Origin: Podarcis melisellensis
Lineage: Eukaryota
Assembly: GCA_964234715.1 (NCBI GenBank)
Contig: OZ174280.1
Direction: 5' to 3' (one strand)
DNA length: 64,000 bases
Shown: positions 60,893 to 64,000 of the stretch, one piece after another
Layout: each line of letters opens with the position of its first letter
Numbering within the stretch: position 1 is the stretch's first letter
The notes under the pieces: model-generated
What the model was told of the DNA's origin: nothing
The model's input: only the letters and a program-made list of their open reading frames with translations
Databases searched by the model: none
Program-made: the position numbers and the translations under genes

Positions 60893-61547
60893 GCCCTAAT
60901 TTCAAACCAAAGGGTAATTATTGTTCGTTTTACTTCCTTGGCTCACATTTTGCCCTTGTTACCTTGCTTCTCCCATTCTTCACCTCTCTTGTCATCGCAA
61001 TTAAATTTTGAGGCTCCAGTCCTATAACCATTTAGCTGAGAATAATCCTGTTTGAATTCAGTATGGCTTATTGCCTCTGACTCTGAATAGGATTGCTCTG
61101 CAAGCCTCCTTGTGTAGATGCTACTCTGTATATTGCCTAGAATTCATCATCATGGGAGGAAAGAGTCCGTCTTCAATTGTAGATTTTCTCTCTTGCCACC
61201 AAAAGGCTGCTGTGGAATCTTCTTTCCAGTGCAACACTGTAGGAGCTGGAAGTTGGGTTGGTGGAGGAGGGGTGAAGATTGAGGAAACATTGGAAGCATC
61301 CTAGCAGAAAGGCATGGTGGTGATAATAATAGGGGAAAGCCAGCCAAGGTAGACATTTGTCCAACAAAGGGATGGAGAATGAGTGTCTTTCCAAATGTTT
61401 CGGGACTACAGTTGCCATCATTCTTGATTACTCACCATGTTGACTTGAGCTCATTGGAGTTGGAACCCAGCCACATCTGGAGAGCCACATGTTTTCCCCA
61501 CACCTGTTTCACCTCCTGCTTTTTGAAGGGGAGTGATACTTTGCAAC

Positions 61548-61770
61548 TTTATCAGATAGGATTATCCAAGCTACATCAGTGGATGCTAGCCCTGATGGCT
61601 ATGGTCTTCCTCCATCATCAGAAGCAGTATGCTTCTGGAAGCCACAGGAGGGAAGAATGCTCTTGTGGATGCATCCTGCTTGCAGGTTTCCCACAGGCAT
61701 CTGGGTAGCACTGTGAGAACAGGATGCTAGATGGGCCATTGGCCTGATCCAGTTGACTCTTCCTATGTTG
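61548..61770 (+). mobile_element. CR1-type LINE 3' end fragment
   Basis: Tail ctgtgagaacaggatgctagatgggccattggcctgatccag...ctcttcctatgtt. Confidence 0.6.
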
Positions 61771-64000
61771 TTATCCACATATGCCTTATCCATTAAATGC
61801 AAACAGGCAATATTTGGTGGAATCCTTCAAACTTTGATGACGGAGTTTTTGTTTTCATAGTGGTGAGTTAACAACAAGATCTGAAGTGCACTCTTTGTTA
61901 TCTTGGCAAAGGTTCCAGTGACTTAAGCCAAAAGTGCAGTTTCTGTATTGGGAATACTAACAGATCATTATTCTTACTCAGCTAATCAGTGACAAGCACT
62001 GTTACACTCATTCTGACAGTCAATTGCACTGCATATACTTGCTGGAAAATGTAATATCAGTGAGGTCTCACATCTGATATTCAACACAAATTGCTGTACA
62101 GATTTTCACAGTAGCATACATGAAGGCATTTTTTCCCTTATTCTTATTTCTAATAAGCCCTTGGAAATGTAGAAATGAGAAACCTATCTTTGTGGAATGG
62201 ATTTTTTGGGGAATTATTAAAAAGATCTATGTGCGTTATTAAGGGATATTAATTAGAATTTCAAACTTCAGCTGTATTTTCTCTTACCACTATTATTGTT
62301 AGTCCCCATGAGATCTATTTAAGTGTTTGGCAAGCCGCTTGAGATGAATTTATACCCCCCAACTTCACACCTATTCAAACTGAGTGTCCCCGTTCTATTC
62401 CCTAGAATGTGTCACCAAACTCAAAGCAAACTTTTATCAAGGCAATTTGTCTTTTGCTTCATTTTCTCAATTCTTTGTATTGTGTGTGTGGTCCCCGACT
62501 CAGGGTTAAGGAGTAGTTGACATGCATACGAAGGTGATGGTTAGTTGATGAAGGCTCTGTGTGAAAGGAAGGGAAGGGAAGAACTCCCAGGATGGGAGGC
62601 TGAGAGAAGAAAGGAAAGCTCCCAGATGAGAGCTGGGAGGGCTTACCTTTCTCTGTGTGGGCCAAGCTAAAGTTTACCTGTGAAGGAGGACTTATATTCT
62701 CCCCCCTTCTCTTTCTCTCTTGGCTCTTCGTTCTTAGATTAGTTCGTTCTTTTATTGTAACCTATTATGAAAAGCCTAAGGAAAATATTTTTTAAAAAGA
62801 GAAAAAGGAAGAAAAGAGGAAAGATGAAGAGATAAAGGGGGCAGGGGAAGTGGAAAGGGGAGAAAAAACAACAGGTGACATACTCATGTCCTACTCCTGT
62901 TGTTTAGAAAACAATTTGCTCTAGTACCATAGCTCTGCCACTATTTAACTACTAGAATTCTACAGAGGATGAGATAATTCCCAGATGGCAGAAAATTCCC
63001 AGGAAACAAAGGACAGTTTTTGAACACTTAGAAACCAGAAATCCATCTCCTCAAAACCCACTAGGGCTTTTGCTGCCCCCGTTCCATCCATTCTGGTGTC
63101 TGGTGCTTTGTTTGAAGATCCTGGCAGTTAAAAATAAAAGCATGAAGGACATTCCAGTGAGATGCAGAGGAGGAATAGGTGGCTTCTGATGAGACAATTC
63201 AGCCACATGCTGAAGAACAAGGCAAAGGCTAGAGGCTGCAGTTACAGGTAATCAAGGACAATTAAATAGAGAGTGATGGAAACCAGAACAGCAGCAGACC
63301 ACGTAGTAAATGTGTCACTGCAGAAAAACAACAACTATGAATCAAGGTTGTTGGGTTAGGCCCTAACCCAGCAAGCTGGAATCTCGATCTGTGTGGTTTC
63401 CCTTTAGGAGGAGTGCTTTTCAGGCTGAGCAGATCAGGTCATTGAACAGGTCCATATTACTGAGAACGGTAATGTGAAACAAGAGAAATGTGTTCAGGTA
63501 AATTCCTCTGGTGGTTTCTCATGGCAGACGTAGGGTAGACTGCCCTTCTTTTCCTTTGCGTTCCTTGATCCCCTTGTTTTGGCATGTCAGTATGAGGGAT
63601 GGAATGGGAAAGCTTCATTGAAACACAGCAAAATGAGAAAGTGAAGTTTCCATCCCTAGCAGCGAGTAGTAGCTCAAAGGAACAAGTGTTTTGTACAAAG
63701 TGGCTGAGGTTTCAGTCACTGCACTTAGGTAAGTGGGGAAAGGGTTGGTTCATGGCTGTTATGGTATAAGGGTGGGCAGCGTTGATTCCTGGCTGCCAGT
63801 AGGATGGCACATTCTCTCTCTTTCCCCCCCAGTCCCTTGCATCGACCTATGTGGATGTCTAATCTTTGGAAGGAAAAAAGTTTGGAACCGTTGTCCCTCC
63901 TCTTTCTCCACACAATGCAGTGAGGCATCTACAGATGCTGGGGGAGAGGAAAGCTACGGATTCTCACGGTCTGCTCTCAGCTGAAGATTTACCGACGGTT

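Noticed and set aside
49700-64000. Start of IPO9, the downstream neighbour of NAV1 in mammals
   Set aside because: No CpG island or importin-9-like exon is recognisable in this window.

Overview
Eukaryotic (vertebrate) genomic DNA from a squamate reptile, probably a lacertid lizard judging by its SINE and MITE content. It carries the 3' part of NAV1 (neuron navigator 1) on the + strand: 27 GT-AG coding exons from 6015 to the TAA stop at 37442-37444. The exon phases join into one open frame of about 1460 codons, including a 24-nt and a 9-nt microexon and a C-terminal AAA+ ATPase domain. A probable long 3' UTR follows, with poly(A) signals at 38113 and 49654. The 5' exons lie upstream of the window. 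The introns and downstream region hold many mobile elements. The most notable are all in the intron after the 9-nt microexon: a 1.88-kb Chapaev3-like DDE DNA transposon with a RAG1/Transib-like core and a barely decayed transposase, a Penelope-type inverted repeat containing a complete minimal type I hammerhead ribozyme core in the sense of the NAV1 pre-mRNA, and a dense RBFOX-motif cluster. Other elements are a Sauria SINE with TSDs, tRNA-Lys- and tRNA-Ile-headed SINEs sharing a CR1 tail, Tc1/mariner and hAT MITEs, and CR1 and L2 LINE fragments. A 128-N assembly gap lies at 11015-11142. No second gene is clearly recognisable, although phase-compatible minus-strand exon candidates exist at 52.7-62.7 kb. 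All family assignments come from motif recognition; no database search was run.
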